DNA of 64,000 nucleotides from Chloroflexota bacterium. Lineage in GTDB: Bacteria > Chloroflexota > Anaerolineae > UBA4142. The notes beneath the pieces are model-generated. The model was given only the letters and a program-made list of their open reading frames with translations. It was not told the origin of the DNA and made no database searches. The stretch is from assembly GCA_016223105.1 (NCBI GenBank), contig JACRPR010000072.1, positions 7,982 to 71,981 of the forward strand, read 5' to 3'. The translations under genes were made by a program, and so were the position numbers. Shown here one piece after another: positions 27,347 through 36,983 of the stretch (position 1 is the first letter of the stretch; every line of letters starts with the position of its first letter).

Positions 27347-27964
27347 ATGGAGGAAAACATTTTTTGGCTGGGGCACGATAGTTTTCGCTTGCGCGGCGAA
27401 AAAATTGTTTACATTGATCCGTGGAAACTCGCGGCGGACGCGGAAAAAGCGGACGTGATTTTGGTAACGCACGATCATCGCGATCATTTTTCCAAAGCTG
27501 ACATCGCAAAAATTTCAAAACCGGATACGGTCATCGTCGCGCCGGAATCGGTCACGAAACAATTGAGCAACGCGATCACGGTCAAGCCGGGCGATGCGAT
27601 CACGGCGAATGGCATCGCGATCCAGGTTGTGCCGGCGTACAATCCGAACAAGAAATTTCATCCGAAAGCGTCCGGGTTTGTCGGCTATATTGTAACTCTG
27701 CGCGGCAAACAGATTTATCACGCGGGCGACACCGATTTGATCTCGGAGATGACGCAGATGCAATGCGACATCGCGCTGTTGCCGGTGAGCGGGACGTACG
27801 TAATGACCGCGCTGGAAGCCGCCGAAGCCGCGCACACGCTCAAGCCCGCGCTCGCGATTCCGATGCACTGGGGCGATCCGACCGTCGTCGGCACGCGCGC
27901 GGACGCGGACGAATTCAAACGAGTGGCTAAAGTGCCGGTGAAAATTTTGGAGAAATCGAAATAG
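27347..27964 (+). CDS. Metallo-beta-lactamase-fold hydrolase
   Basis: AAGGAGG RBS. THDHRDH metal-binding motif. 205 aa. Confidence 0.75.
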   Translation: MEENIFWLGHDSFRLRGEKIVYIDPWKLAADAEKADVILVTHDHRDHFSKADIAKISKPDTVIVAPESVTKQLSNAITVKPGDAITANGIAIQVVPAYNPNKKFHPKASGFVGYIVTLRGKQIYHAGDTDLISEMTQMQCDIALLPVSGTYVMTALEAAEAAHTLKPALAIPMHWGDPTVVGTRADADEFKRVAKVPVKILEKSK

Positions 27965-27978
27965 CGCGCGAAAAAATT

Positions 27979-28144
27979 ATCCGCGAATCACGCGAATCGC
28001 GCGAATAAAATTTTCAGTACCGCCGGATTCGACGCTTCAGCGGGTTGCTCGTCCTTACGCACCACCGCGTAAACGCTCGAATCCAGACAATTGCCGAATT
28101 TGAAAATCAATAATTGTTCGCGGCGATTCGCGTGATTCGCGGAT
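27979..28144. repeat. Long-range word hairpin (CGCGAATC words) with a family M element in its loop
   Basis: ATCCGCGAATCACGCGAATCGCGCGAA (27979-28005) pairs with TTCGCGGCGATTCGCGTGATTCGCGGAT (28117-28144). Confidence 0.7.
28025..28084 (+). repeat. MITE-like element, family M, short form
   Basis: GGATTCGACGCTTCAGCGGGTTGCTCGTCCTTACGCACCACCGCGTAAACGCTCGAATCC. Confidence 0.85.
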
Positions 28145-28186
28145 AAAAAATCTTGCGAAGGTTTTGGCTTCGCAAGATTTTTTTTA
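28145..28186. terminator. Bidirectional Rho-independent terminator between the MBL gene (+) and lgt (-)
   Basis: AAAAAA-TCTTGCGAAG-gttttgg-CTTCGCAAGA-TTTTTTTT. Confidence 0.8.
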
Positions 28187-29107
28187 CGCTTGAGGTGGTT
28201 GGGGTTGTTGTGGTGGTTGCGGGCGCGGGCGACGCCGTTGGCGCGCGCGCGTCGCGGCGACCTCGGCTTTGCTCGGTCCGGTGTGGCGGTACATCAGGAT
28301 CACGCCGCAGACGACCACCAGGATCAACCCGATGATCTGCGCGGTAGCAATCCCGCTAATTAACCAGGCATCGGGGCGTTGAAACTCGGTGAGGAAGCGA
28401 ACGACGCCGTAAAAAATTCCCCAGAGCAAAAGCAGATCGCCCGCTTTCGCGTTTTGCCAGCGCCGACCAATCAGCAACAACACTCCCGCCGTGATCAACA
28501 TCGCGAGCGATTCGTAGAGAAACGTCGGATGAAAGCGCGTCGTCTCGACCGGGTACGTCGCGAGATCGGCAAAGAGGGGTAGGCGATGCGCGGCGTCAAT
28601 CGGCAGACCCCAGGGCAAATCGGTGGGATAGCCGTACAATTCCTGGTTGAAAAAATTGCCCCAGCGTCCAATCGCTTGCCCGATGGCTAAACCCGGCATC
28701 GCGATATCGATCAATGTGAGCAAATTTAATTTGGCATAGCGCGCGTACACATACGCGCCGAGTAAACCGCCGGCGACTGCGCCGTAAATGCCCAGCCCGC
28801 CCGAACGAAAATTCAAAATCTCAATCGGGTTTTGCATGTAATAATCGAACCCGACATTCGTGCCGCTCGGCGTCGAGATGACGTGATACAACCGCGCGCC
28901 GATCACGCCAAGGATCAACACGACGAGCAACGCGTTCCAAACATGATCCACGTCAATGTTGTGGCGTTTGGCTTCGACAGTGCTGAGATACGCACCCGCG
29001 AGCGCGCCGACCACAATCAAAATGCCGTACCAATAAATCGGAAAAACATTGCCGTCGGGAAGCGGAATGTTGAATGCAACCGGTGAAGGAAAGAAATTCA
29101 CTGCCAC
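28184..29107 (-). CDS. lgt: Prolipoprotein diacylglyceryl transferase
   Basis: IYWYGILIVVG, GGLGIYGAV and GRWGNFFNQELYG motifs. The start is GTG 29107, or more likely GTG 29101 after GGAG. Confidence 0.9.
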   Translation of the reverse strand: MAVNFFPSPVAFNIPLPDGNVFPIYWYGILIVVGALAGAYLSTVEAKRHNIDVDHVWNALLVVLILGVIGARLYHVISTPSGTNVGFDYYMQNPIEILNFRSGGLGIYGAVAGGLLGAYVYARYAKLNLLTLIDIAMPGLAIGQAIGRWGNFFNQELYGYPTDLPWGLPIDAAHRLPLFADLATYPVETTRFHPTFLYESLAMLITAGVLLLIGRRWQNAKAGDLLLLWGIFYGVVRFLTEFQRPDAWLISGIATAQIIGLILVVVCGVILMYRHTGPSKAEVAATRARQRRRPRPQPPQQPQPPQA

Positions 29108-29151
29108 TCCTTTGTTTTGAAAATTTCGTGGCGATTATACCACAGGTTAGG

Positions 29152-29194
29152 GAAATGACAAATGACAAATGGGCAAATGACAAATGTGATAAAT
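29152..29194 (+). repeat. Tandem (AAATGAC)-type word run downstream of rnhB
   Basis: GAAATGACAAATGACAAATGGGCAAATGACAAATGTGATAAAT. Confidence 0.7.
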
Positions 29195-29841
29195 TATTCG
29201 CGTTCGTCCGCGTTACTTTGTCGCCAATTTTTCACCGGCGCGAACGTGCGGCGATGTTCGCGCGATACGCCGCGCGCTTTTAACGCCGCGCGATGTTGCG
29301 CGGTGCCGTACCCTTTGTGTTGCGCGAACGCATAACCGGGAATTTGTGCGTCGAGATCGCGCATCAGTTGATCGCGCGTCGTTTTCGCGAGGATGGACGC
29401 GCACGCGATTGAAAGCGATTGTTGATCGCCGCGAATGATCGCGTTTTGCGGGAGCACGCGCGCGGGCAAGTTCAGCGCGTCGATCAGCAACGCGTCCGGC
29501 GCGATGCCGAGCGCGTCCAACGCGCGCATCATCGCGAGGCGCGTCGCGGGGACGATGCCGAGCGTATCAATTTCGTCGCATGTCGCCAAGCCAGTCGCGC
29601 ACGCCAGCGCGTGCGCGCGAATCGGCGCGACGAGTTCTTCGCGTTGCGCGGGCGTGAGCAATTTCGAATCGTGCACGCCGGCGAGCGCGCGGCGCGCCAC
29701 ATCGCGCGGCAAAATCACCGCGCCCGCGACGACGGGACCCGCCCACGCGCCGCGCCCCACTTCGTCCAGACCGGCGACGCGCGTTAACTCGCGCGACCAA
29801 AATTGTTTTTCAAATTTGAGCGAAGGCACCGGTTCAGCCAT
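29194..29841 (-). CDS. rnhB: Ribonuclease HII
   Basis: ATG 29841. GLDEVGRGAWAGPVVAGAV catalytic motif. DSKLLT present. Confidence 0.85.
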   Translation of the reverse strand: MAEPVPSLKFEKQFWSRELTRVAGLDEVGRGAWAGPVVAGAVILPRDVARRALAGVHDSKLLTPAQREELVAPIRAHALACATGLATCDEIDTLGIVPATRLAMMRALDALGIAPDALLIDALNLPARVLPQNAIIRGDQQSLSIACASILAKTTRDQLMRDLDAQIPGYAFAQHKGYGTAQHRAALKARGVSREHRRTFAPVKNWRQSNADERE

Positions 29842-30484
29842 TTTGATCCAAACCAATCTCGCGCGCGAGCGCGGTGTAAAACGCGCGCTTGGCGGCAAGT
29901 CGTTCGCGCGCCCATTCACGCGTCGGCGCGAAATAAAATTGCGCGATGAACAATTCGTCGCCGTCCACTTTATCGAAACCGTGTTGTGCGATCGTCGCGA
30001 ATGTGTTGGGCTTGTGCGGAAACGCGGGATTGCCCGCGAGAAACATCACGATTTCAAGCGCGCCAACTTTGCCCACCTTGTCCGCGTCCCACAACACGCG
30101 CGCGTCGGGCGCGTCATCCGGCAACGCGCCCGGCGCGCGCGAATGATTCGCGACTGCGAAAATCACGCGCGCGATTTTTTCCGGCGGAAATCCGTACGCC
30201 GCGAGATTTGCGCGCGCCCACTCGCCCGCGCGCGCGGCGTGATGGTCGCCGATGTGCTGTGGCTTGAAGCGGTCGTGAAGCCAAACCGATGCTAACACAA
30301 CATCGCGATCACCACCGACCCGATCGAGCAAGCGCAACGCGTCGCGCTCGACCTGGCGAACGTGTTCGAGCCGATAGTTGAAATACGGCGGCGCGCCATC
30401 GGGCACGCCGCGCCAAATTACGCGCGCGGCATCGGTCGTGATCGCGATCAAATCGTCGCGCAAACGCGCAAGCCAATCGGTCAT
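29834..30484 (-). CDS. HD-domain phosphohydrolase
   Basis: ATG 30484. H...HD signature (VWLHDRFKP) and a later DADKVG. Confidence 0.6.
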   Translation of the reverse strand: MTDWLARLRDDLIAITTDAARVIWRGVPDGAPPYFNYRLEHVRQVERDALRLLDRVGGDRDVVLASVWLHDRFKPQHIGDHHAARAGEWARANLAAYGFPPEKIARVIFAVANHSRAPGALPDDAPDARVLWDADKVGKVGALEIVMFLAGNPAFPHKPNTFATIAQHGFDKVDGDELFIAQFYFAPTREWARERLAAKRAFYTALAREIGLDQNG

Positions 30485-30558
30485 TGCATCACTCCTCAAA
30501 ACAAAATACCGCAAAATTCACTGGCGAGTGAATTTTGCGGTACCGCATCAAAGTAGAT

Positions 30559-30954
30559 TTAGGATTCTGCGGGTGTCGCGGCGGCGTCTGCCGCTGGCGC
30601 GGCTTCGACCGTGCGTTTCTCGCGCAAGCGCGCGGCTTTGCCGGTGCGACCGCGCAAATAGTACAACTGCGCGCGGCGAACATGCGTGTGCCCTTGCACT
30701 TCGACTTTTTCAACGCGCGGCGATTGAAGCAAGAACGTGCGCTCGACGCCGATGCCGTGCGTCGCGATGCGGCGCACCGTGAAGGATGCGTTCGCGCCGC
30801 CTTTGCGAAGGCGCATCACCGTGCCGTGAAAAACCTGCACGCGTTCGCGGTCGCCTTCGACAATGCGCGTGTGCACACGCACACGGTCGCCCGGTTCGAG
30901 ACGCGGGATATTCGGATTGCGTTCGCGTTTGCCAATTGCGGCTACCAAGTTCAT
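30559..30954 (-). CDS. rplS: 50S ribosomal protein L19
   Basis: PGDRVRVHTRIVEGDRERVQVFHGTV...RRAQLYYLRGRTGKAARL. Ala/Pro-rich C-terminal tail. Confidence 0.95.
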   Translation of the reverse strand: MNLVAAIGKRERNPNIPRLEPGDRVRVHTRIVEGDRERVQVFHGTVMRLRKGGANASFTVRRIATHGIGVERTFLLQSPRVEKVEVQGHTHVRRAQLYYLRGRTGKAARLREKRTVEAAPAADAAATPAES

Positions 30955-30970
30955 CGTCCACCACCCTCTA

Positions 30971-31013
30971 TGATTTCAAAATTTCGATTTCAAATTTCAG
31001 ATTGCCAATTTGA
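30971..31013 (+). repeat. One-armed word run (GATTTCA words) upstream of rplS
   Basis: GATTTCAAAATTTCGATTTCAAATTTCAGATTGCCAATTTGAG. Confidence 0.6.
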
Positions 31014-31090
31014 GAACGGGCGGGATTATAGCACGGTTGGCAGAATCGCGCAAATTGTAACCCGGTTTCACACGCCCCGAATAAAATGGG

Positions 31091-31642
31091 CTAGCCATCG
31101 AGCAAAATTTTTTCGAGCGTTTCGTATTCGTGCGCGCCGGTTTGTCGCGTGAGATCCACGCGCGTGACGCGCAAAGTGAGATTGATGCAAGTGCCGAGCG
31201 GCAGACCCGCGGAAACTTGCGCCGGAAAGCGCGCGAGCAAAATATGCGGAACCCAATCATCGAGCGTCAAACCGCGATTGCTCAATCCGCAGTGCCGCGC
31301 GATCCCGGCGAGATCGGAATGAATCGCGCGAAGCGTGGCGTCTTTCTCCAACGTCAACCACAAACTGCCGACATTCACATTCAGCAATTTGTCCGCGCGC
31401 ACATCGAACGCGCCAAGCGTCGCGCCATAACGCACGAGTTCGGATCGAAACGGTTCCACGTTTGCCAAACCGCTCAAGTACACCAGCGAGCAATGCAACG
31501 CGTCCACCGGCACACCGCCGCGTTGCGATGCTTCGAACGCGCGCGTCTCGACCGCGGCGAGCGCGTCGTCGCGATCAAATTTTGCCAACACGAATGCGCG
31601 ATGTTCATCGGCGGAAAATGGGGCGACGCGAACCGGATCCAT
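31091..31642 (-). CDS. 2H-phosphoesterase (LigT-like) superfamily protein with a degenerate second motif
   Basis: First motif H-C-S-L (ALHCSLVYL). Second motif PHILLARF (H-x-L instead of H-x-T/S). 183 aa. Confidence 0.4.
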   Translation of the reverse strand: MDPVRVAPFSADEHRAFVLAKFDRDDALAAVETRAFEASQRGGVPVDALHCSLVYLSGLANVEPFRSELVRYGATLGAFDVRADKLLNVNVGSLWLTLEKDATLRAIHSDLAGIARHCGLSNRGLTLDDWVPHILLARFPAQVSAGLPLGTCINLTLRVTRVDLTRQTGAHEYETLEKILLDG

Positions 31643-31645
31643 TAC

Positions 31646-31969
31646 TTATGCTGATCCTGGTTTTTGCCACGCCGCCGGTTCGGGAAAAAGCGCGTCAAAT
31701 TCATTGCCGTTGCCACGCCGTTCGCACGACGCGAGATAAACTGCTTTCCACATTTTGAAATGCGCGGTCTCTAAATGCGCGTTGCGCGCCTGCTCGTCGC
31801 GATACACTTCAAACAAACTGAAATGCGTCGGCTCGGCTTTGTCGCGAAAAACATCAAACCGAATCACGCCCGGTTCTTGAATCGTGAGGCGCGCGTTTTC
31901 CATCGTCGCGGCGAGATATGCTTCGACCTGGTCGGGCTTGATGTAATGGTGCACTTGAAAGATAAACAT
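31646..31969 (-). CDS. ABM (antibiotic-biosynthesis-monooxygenase-like) domain protein
   Basis: ATG 31969 with GGAGG RBS. ~107 aa ferredoxin-like pattern ...FSLFEVYRDEQARNAHLETAHFKMW. Confidence 0.6.
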   Translation of the reverse strand: MFIFQVHHYIKPDQVEAYLAATMENARLTIQEPGVIRFDVFRDKAEPTHFSLFEVYRDEQARNAHLETAHFKMWKAVYLASCERRGNGNEFDALFPEPAAWQKPGSA

Positions 31970-31979
31970 CGCCCCTCCT

Positions 31980-33680
31980 TCAGGGTGAGACCGCAAGTTC
32001 AACCGGCAATTTTCCCCGCGCACTCGCTTTGCCGGTCAACACCTCCGCGAGCGCGTCGATCATCGGCGGATTCGCGCCATAGATTGCGAGGTACGTCGGC
32101 GCGTTTGGAAACGCGAGCAGATCATACGGCGAACGCGTCGCGATCACAATCGTCGGCGCGTTCAGCTTGAGCAACGCGTTCACCAAATCGGCTTGCGCGC
32201 GATTTTTCGCGGCGTCGCTTGTCGCGACGATCACCACGCGACCATCTTCCGCGATTTTCAACACGGACGCGATTTCGCTCTGCGTCGGTTGTGCTTTCAC
32301 TTGCATCGTGGTCGCGCCGAGCAATTTGCCGATCCCAAAATTTCCGGTTTCGATCACAAGCAATTTCGCGTCGAGCTTGAGCGGAACGCGATTCGCGTAA
32401 TCGCGCACGAGCGTAACCGCTTGGTGCGCGACCGCGCGCGAGATTGCTTTCATTTCCGGTGAACCGACGCGAGAGAGTGCGTCTTTCGACTCCGCTTCGC
32501 TCCGCTCAGGACGCGGATTCAAAATTCCGAATTGTTGTTTCGCGCGTAAAATTCGCGCAACGGCTTGATCCAATCGCGTCTGCGAAATCACACCGCGTTG
32601 AACGTGATCCAAAAGTTGCGCGTGCACTTGGCGATGCATCGCGTATCCGGTTTGAAACAGCAAAATGTCCGCACCCGCGCGCAACGCGGCGGACGCGGCT
32701 TGCGGCGCGGGATAGCCGCTTTTCGCGATTGCGCCCATCGTCAACTCGTCCGTCATCACGAGACCGTCGTAGTGCATTTCGTCGCGCAATAATCCGGTCA
32801 ACACATTTGGCGAAAGCGTCCCGGCGAGACCTGGTGTCGGATCAATCGCGGGAAACGTGATGTGCGCGGACATTATCCCGGCGACGTTCGCGCGCATCGC
32901 GGCTTTGAACGGCACGAACTCGATTGATTCGAGTCGCGCGCGGTCATGCGGCACGGACGATAACGCGACATGCGAATCAACCGCGGTGTCGCCGTGTCCG
33001 GGAAAATGTTTTCCAATCGCGATCATCCCCGCGCTTTGCATTGCTTCGATGTACGCGACGCCGTACTCGGCGACGCGCGCGGGATCGGAACTGAACGCGC
33101 GCGTGCCGATGATCGGATTGTTCGCGTTGTTGTTCACGTCGAGGTCGGGCGTCAAATCCATATTAAATCCGAGCGCGCGCATCTCCGCGCTGATCGCCTG
33201 CGCGATGCGCCGCGCGTTCGCGAGATCGTTCGTCGCGGCGACCGCCATTTGGCTGGGAAATTCGGTGAACCCTTTTTCTTCTTTCAGCCGCGCGACGATG
33301 CCGCCCTCCTGATCAATCGTGATCAAGAGCGCGGGATCGCCGTTCGCGCGCATCGCGTTTTGCAAATCCGCATTGAGTTGCGCGACCTGGTTTGGCGATG
33401 CGACGTTGCGATCATAAAAAATCACGCCGCCGATGTGCAGTTGCGTGATCCCTTCGCGCAATTCTGGCGTGAGCGTCGTGCCGTCGAAACCGATCAACAT
33501 CAGTTGACCGATTTTTTGTTCGAGGGAGAGCGAATCGAGAGATTGAGAGAGTGAGCGATTGGGTATTGGCATTGGGGTAATTGGTAAATGGTCAGTGGTA
33601 ATTGGGGTTGGCGCGGGCGCGCAACGGACGAGCGCGACAAGCCATAGGAAAAATGTAATGATGAAAATAAATTTGTTCAT
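31980..33680 (-). CDS. Glycoside hydrolase family 3 (NagZ-like beta-N-acetylhexosaminidase) lipoprotein
   Basis: Signal/lipobox LVALVRC. LEQKIGQLMLIGF, IDQEGGIVARL and KHFPGHGDTAVDSH motifs. Has an extra C-terminal alpha/beta domain. Confidence 0.8.
   Translation of the reverse strand: MNKFIFIITFFLWLVALVRCAPAPTPITTDHLPITPMPIPNRSLSQSLDSLSLEQKIGQLMLIGFDGTTLTPELREGITQLHIGGVIFYDRNVASPNQVAQLNADLQNAMRANGDPALLITIDQEGGIVARLKEEKGFTEFPSQMAVAATNDLANARRIAQAISAEMRALGFNMDLTPDLDVNNNANNPIIGTRAFSSDPARVAEYGVAYIEAMQSAGMIAIGKHFPGHGDTAVDSHVALSSVPHDRARLESIEFVPFKAAMRANVAGIMSAHITFPAIDPTPGLAGTLSPNVLTGLLRDEMHYDGLVMTDELTMGAIAKSGYPAPQAASAALRAGADILLFQTGYAMHRQVHAQLLDHVQRGVISQTRLDQAVARILRAKQQFGILNPRPERSEAESKDALSRVGSPEMKAISRAVAHQAVTLVRDYANRVPLKLDAKLLVIETGNFGIGKLLGATTMQVKAQPTQSEIASVLKIAEDGRVVIVATSDAAKNRAQADLVNALLKLNAPTIVIATRSPYDLLAFPNAPTYLAIYGANPPMIDALAEVLTGKASARGKLPVELAVSP
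32486..32511 (+). repeat. Short repeat TCGACTCCGCTTCGCTCCGCTCAGGA inside the GH3 gene
   Basis: The reverse complement is found at 58387-58412 inside the E2 gene. Translated here as ERSEAESK. Confidence 0.75.
33557..33611 (-). repeat. CAATTAC-type word run inside the GH3 N-terminal tether
   Basis: GATTGGGTATTGGCATTGGGGTAATTGGTAAATGGTCAGTGGTAATTGGGGTTGG, translated as PITTDHLPITPMPIP just after the lipobox. Confidence 0.7.
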
Positions 33681-33719
33681 GATGCCGCGCCCAGTCCAAA
33701 CTACATATTTACACGATCT

Positions 33720-33779
33720 GGATTCGACGCTTCAGCGGGTTGTTTACCTGCGCGAGCAACCGCGTAAACGCTCGATTCC
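33720..33779 (+). repeat. MITE-like element, family M, short form
   Basis: GGATTCGACGCTTCAGCGGGTTGTTTACCTGCGCGAGCAACCGCGTAAACGCTCGATTCC. Confidence 0.85.
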
Positions 33780-33814
33780 AAAAGCACAATCAATGATCGC
33801 GATCGGTTTAGGTT

Positions 33815-33855
33815 TCACGCATCACGCATTACGTTTTACGCATTACGTTTTACGC
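33815..33855 (-). repeat. ACGTTTT/GATGCGT composite element abutting the GT2 stop codon
   Basis: TCACGCATCACGCATTACGTTTTACGCATTACGTTTTACGC. The gene stop (33850-33852) lies inside it. Confidence 0.7.
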
Positions 33856-34803
33856 TTCCTCATCGCGCGGTTTCGGCGGGGCTTCACTCACGATGTAAAG
33901 CGGACGATTTTTCACCTCGTCGTAAATCCGTCCCAGGTATTCGCCGATGATGCCGAGGAAAATTAATTGCACGCCGCCGAGAAACAGAATCGCGATGATC
34001 GAAGTCGCTTCGCCATAAAACGCATTGTTGCCGGAAAGCCGCAGAGCGATGACGACCGGAATGGTAAGGAGCGCGATGCCGGAAATCCAAAAGCCAATCG
34101 TCGTCGCGAGTTGAAGCGGGATGTACGAAAAGCCGGTGATCGCGTCGGTCGCGAATTTGAGCATTTTGCGAAACGGATATTGCGTCGTGCCGGCAAAACG
34201 TTCCTGGCGCACGTACTGAATCCCGGTTTGTTTGAATCCAACCCACACCGACAAGCCGCGCATAAAGCGATGATGCTCGCGCAATTTTCGCATCGCCAAA
34301 ACAACCTTGCGATCAATCAAGCGAAAATCGCCGGTGTCCGGCGGAATATCAATCGAAGAAAGTTTGCGAATCAGCCGATAAAAAATCGAAGCGGTGAAAA
34401 GTTTGAACCAGGTTTCGCCTTCGCGCTTGGCGCGTTGCGCGTACACCAACTCGAATCCGGTTTTCCATTTCGCGATCATTTCTAAAATCACTTCGGGCGG
34501 GTCTTGCAAATCGGAATCTATGATCGCGACGGCATCGCCTTCCGCGTAATCAATCCCGGCGGTGATCGCGATCTGGTGCGAAAAGTTGCGCGAGAAGACG
34601 ACGCACTTGACGCGCGGATCGTACGCGTGCAGTTCGCGCCCAATCGCCGGCGAACGATCGCGACTGCCGTCAAAAACCAGGACGAGTTCGCACGCGCCGT
34701 CAAGTTGATCCATCACCGCGCGCGTGCGGCGATAAAATTCCGGGAGCGTGGCTTCCTCATTAAAGACGGGCGCGACAATGGAGTAACGAGGTCGGTTTGG
34801 CAT
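33850..34803 (-). CDS. GT2 polyprenol-phosphate glycosyltransferase (Ppm1/GtrB/ArnC-like)
   Basis: [16 protein letters not shown] and [10 protein letters not shown] (DxD) motifs. Two C-terminal TM helices. Confidence 0.8.
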   Translation of the reverse strand: MPNRPRYSIVAPVFNEEATLPEFYRRTRAVMDQLDGACELVLVFDGSRDRSPAIGRELHAYDPRVKCVVFSRNFSHQIAITAGIDYAEGDAVAIIDSDLQDPPEVILEMIAKWKTGFELVYAQRAKREGETWFKLFTASIFYRLIRKLSSIDIPPDTGDFRLIDRKVVLAMRKLREHHRFMRGLSVWVGFKQTGIQYVRQERFAGTTQYPFRKMLKFATDAITGFSYIPLQLATTIGFWISGIALLTIPVVIALRLSGNNAFYGEATSIIAILFLGGVQLIFLGIIGEYLGRIYDEVKNRPLYIVSEAPPKPRDEEA

Positions 34804-34810
34804 AGGTCGT

Positions 34811-34957
34811 TTGGAAATTGGAAATTAGAAATTGGAAGTTGGAAGACGTGATACGTGATGCGTGATAATCTCACGCATCACGCATCACGTTTTACGTTTT
34901 ACGTTTTACGTTTTACGTTTTACGTTTTACGTTTTACGCTTTACGCTTTACGTTTTA
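34811..34957 (-). repeat. Composite intercistronic element: (ACGTTTT)x10 tandem, a GATGCGT-word hairpin and TTGGAAA words
   Basis: Ten 7-nt units at 34887-34956. Hairpin ACGTGATACGTGATGCGTGA-taatc-TCACGCATCACGCATCACGT at 34846-34890. TTGGAAATTGGAAATTAGAAATTGGAAGTTGGAAG at 34811-34845. The substrate-binding-protein stop at 34955 lies within it. Confidence 0.85.
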
Positions 34958-36889
34958 CTTGATCGTCCAACTTTCCGCGTAGAACGGAATGTATTTGCCT
35001 TCGTTCACATCATAGTACGTGAACGGCGGATAGAGCGCATTGCTCAAGACCGCGCCGCTTGCCATGATGTTGTCCGTCGAATAGAGATTGTAATTCGCTT
35101 TCGGTGGTTGCACGTACGGGTACGAGGTCTTGAATTCTTTCGCGCGATTCGTCGCGCTCGGTTTGAGTTGACCGCTCAAGAGCTGGCGCGCGACCGGCGA
35201 ATTGTTCTGATTGTTTTTGTAAATCTTGTCGTCCACCGGCAACCAACCGGTCACCCGCGTCTTGGTGTCAATCGGATCGGTGAGGTAGCGTTCGAACATC
35301 ATCAAGACGGGCAAACTGTCGTTGAAGAACGATGCGACATCGGCGATGTAGGGTTTTTGTTTTTCCGCGTCAAACCCTTCCGCCATCTTGTCCACCCATT
35401 CCTTGATGTTGATCTCTTTGCCATCCGCGGTTTTTTGCTTGAACGGCAAGTTGATGCCGCGTTCGCCTTCGTTGCCTTCGGGATTGTTTTTCCAACCCGC
35501 GCTCACCACACCCGGGCGCAAGTTGTAATCGAAGGAAACGTACGGGTGAAAGTACGTAAAGCGGAAACCAATGTCCATCGAAATTTGATACTTGCCGGCT
35601 TTGTGGAGGTTGGTGCGTTCGGACGATTGGTACGGCTTGACCGTGATCTTGATGCCGAACTTGGTTAATTGTTGCGCGACGTTTTCGGACGACGCGAGGT
35701 ATTCGGTGAAATCGGCGGGCACGCTCAATTCAAATTCCAGTTTCTTGCCCTTGTCATCCACCCAAATGCCATCCGCGCCTTTTTTGAAATTGAGCCCAGT
35801 CAACAACGCTTCGGCTTTTTTCACATCCGCATCGTACGTGTTGAGTTTGGCAAGTTGCGCGGCGGAAAGCCAGGTCGGCACTGCGGCATCGGTAAAGCCG
35901 GCTTCGTACTTGACCGGGCGGCACGCATCGCCGAACGCAACCTTGCAATTTTCAACGCGATCAATCGCGTACGCGAATGCCTGGCGCACTTCTTTTTTGT
36001 TCAGCGGATAGACATCGTTGTTAAAGTACATCCCGGGTCCGTTCGTCCCAGGTCCGCCGAGCACGACCATGTGATTGCCGACCGCGCGAATCGCTTGCAA
36101 ATTCGCGGGGCTGTACGCGTTCGAGGAATAGTCCATATCGTTCGAGAGATACAATGGCATATCCTGAACGGTGTCGCCCCAGTACACGGTAACTTTGTCG
36201 AAATCAATCTTGTCCGCGTTGAACCCGGACGCGTTCTTGACCATCGTGAATTGCGCTTCGGTAACTTGTTTCGGATCAATGTTGAACGGACCGTAGACGA
36301 TCGCGCTCGGCGGGCGGAACGCGTTCATTTCGTCGAGCGTTTTGGTTACGTCCGCGCTTTTGCGGTCAGTGTTATTTTTGCGAAAACCGGCGGCGGCGTC
36401 CATCCATTTGCCGTACTGCGCGTACGGACGCGTGACGGTCGCGCGCACAATCGTGTCGAGAATCGCGGGACCGGGGGTTTTGATCGTGAACTCGACGGTC
36501 GCGTCATCTTTCGCGACGACATCGTTCAGCGCGTTCCAGGTCGAGCTGGTTTGCATCCACAAAATGTTGTACGTGCCGACGACATCTTTCGAGCTGAACG
36601 CGGAGCCGTCGCTCCATTTCATGCCCTTGCGAAGATTGATCGTGATCGTTGTAACGCCGGGCGCGGCGGGTTTAGTTGGCTCTGCCGGTTTCGTGGCAAC
36701 CGGCGCGGTCGTCGCCGCGGGCTTGGTGGGTTCCGGTGCTTTGGTTGCCGGCACCGCGGTCGGCGGCACCGCCGCCGTTGGTTTCGGCGCGTCGGTCGGT
36801 TTAGGCGCGGGCGTCGGCGTTGGCGCGGCGCACGCGACGAGCGCGACAAGCGCGATCAGCAATGTGAGCGCGAGCAAAATCTTTTTCAT
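34955..36889 (-). CDS. ABC transporter substrate-binding lipoprotein, family 5 (peptide/nickel/oligosaccharide type)
   Basis: Lipobox LVAC followed by a ~60-aa Pro/Thr/Ala tether. Family-5 body (INLRKGMKWSDGSAFSSKDVV...). Confidence 0.8.
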   Translation of the reverse strand: MKKILLALTLLIALVALVACAAPTPTPAPKPTDAPKPTAAVPPTAVPATKAPEPTKPAATTAPVATKPAEPTKPAAPGVTTITINLRKGMKWSDGSAFSSKDVVGTYNILWMQTSSTWNALNDVVAKDDATVEFTIKTPGPAILDTIVRATVTRPYAQYGKWMDAAAGFRKNNTDRKSADVTKTLDEMNAFRPPSAIVYGPFNIDPKQVTEAQFTMVKNASGFNADKIDFDKVTVYWGDTVQDMPLYLSNDMDYSSNAYSPANLQAIRAVGNHMVVLGGPGTNGPGMYFNNDVYPLNKKEVRQAFAYAIDRVENCKVAFGDACRPVKYEAGFTDAAVPTWLSAAQLAKLNTYDADVKKAEALLTGLNFKKGADGIWVDDKGKKLEFELSVPADFTEYLASSENVAQQLTKFGIKITVKPYQSSERTNLHKAGKYQISMDIGFRFTYFHPYVSFDYNLRPGVVSAGWKNNPEGNEGERGINLPFKQKTADGKEINIKEWVDKMAEGFDAEKQKPYIADVASFFNDSLPVLMMFERYLTDPIDTKTRVTGWLPVDDKIYKNNQNNSPVARQLLSGQLKPSATNRAKEFKTSYPYVQPPKANYNLYSTDNIMASGAVLSNALYPPFTYYDVNEGKYIPFYAESWTIK

Positions 36890-36905
36890 TTTCTTCTCCT
36901 CCGAA

Positions 36906-36960
36906 TTAGTTGGATAGTTGAATTGTTGAATTGTTGGATAGTTGGATAGTTGTTGGTTGA
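36906..36960 (+). repeat. One-armed word run (GGATAGTT/GAATTGTT words)
   Basis: TTAGTTGGATAGTTGAATTGTTGAATTGTTGGATAGTTGGATAGTTGTTGGTTGA. Confidence 0.7.
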
Positions 36961-36983
36961 ATCACCTCCTTGTGATTTATTTT

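Noticed and set aside
34887-34956. Ten tandem ACGTTTT units considered as a CRISPR-like or satellite array
   Set aside because: The unit is only 7 nt with no spacers, and no cas genes are present. It belongs to the stop-codon-abutting composite repeat family.
34862-36949. 268-aa and 426-aa ORFs on the + strand
   Set aside because: Both are antisense to the family-5 substrate-binding lipoprotein gene. The translations are Arg/Gly/Val-rich and partly repeat-encoded (HHVLRFTFYVLRFTFYVLRF comes from the ACGTTTT heptamers).
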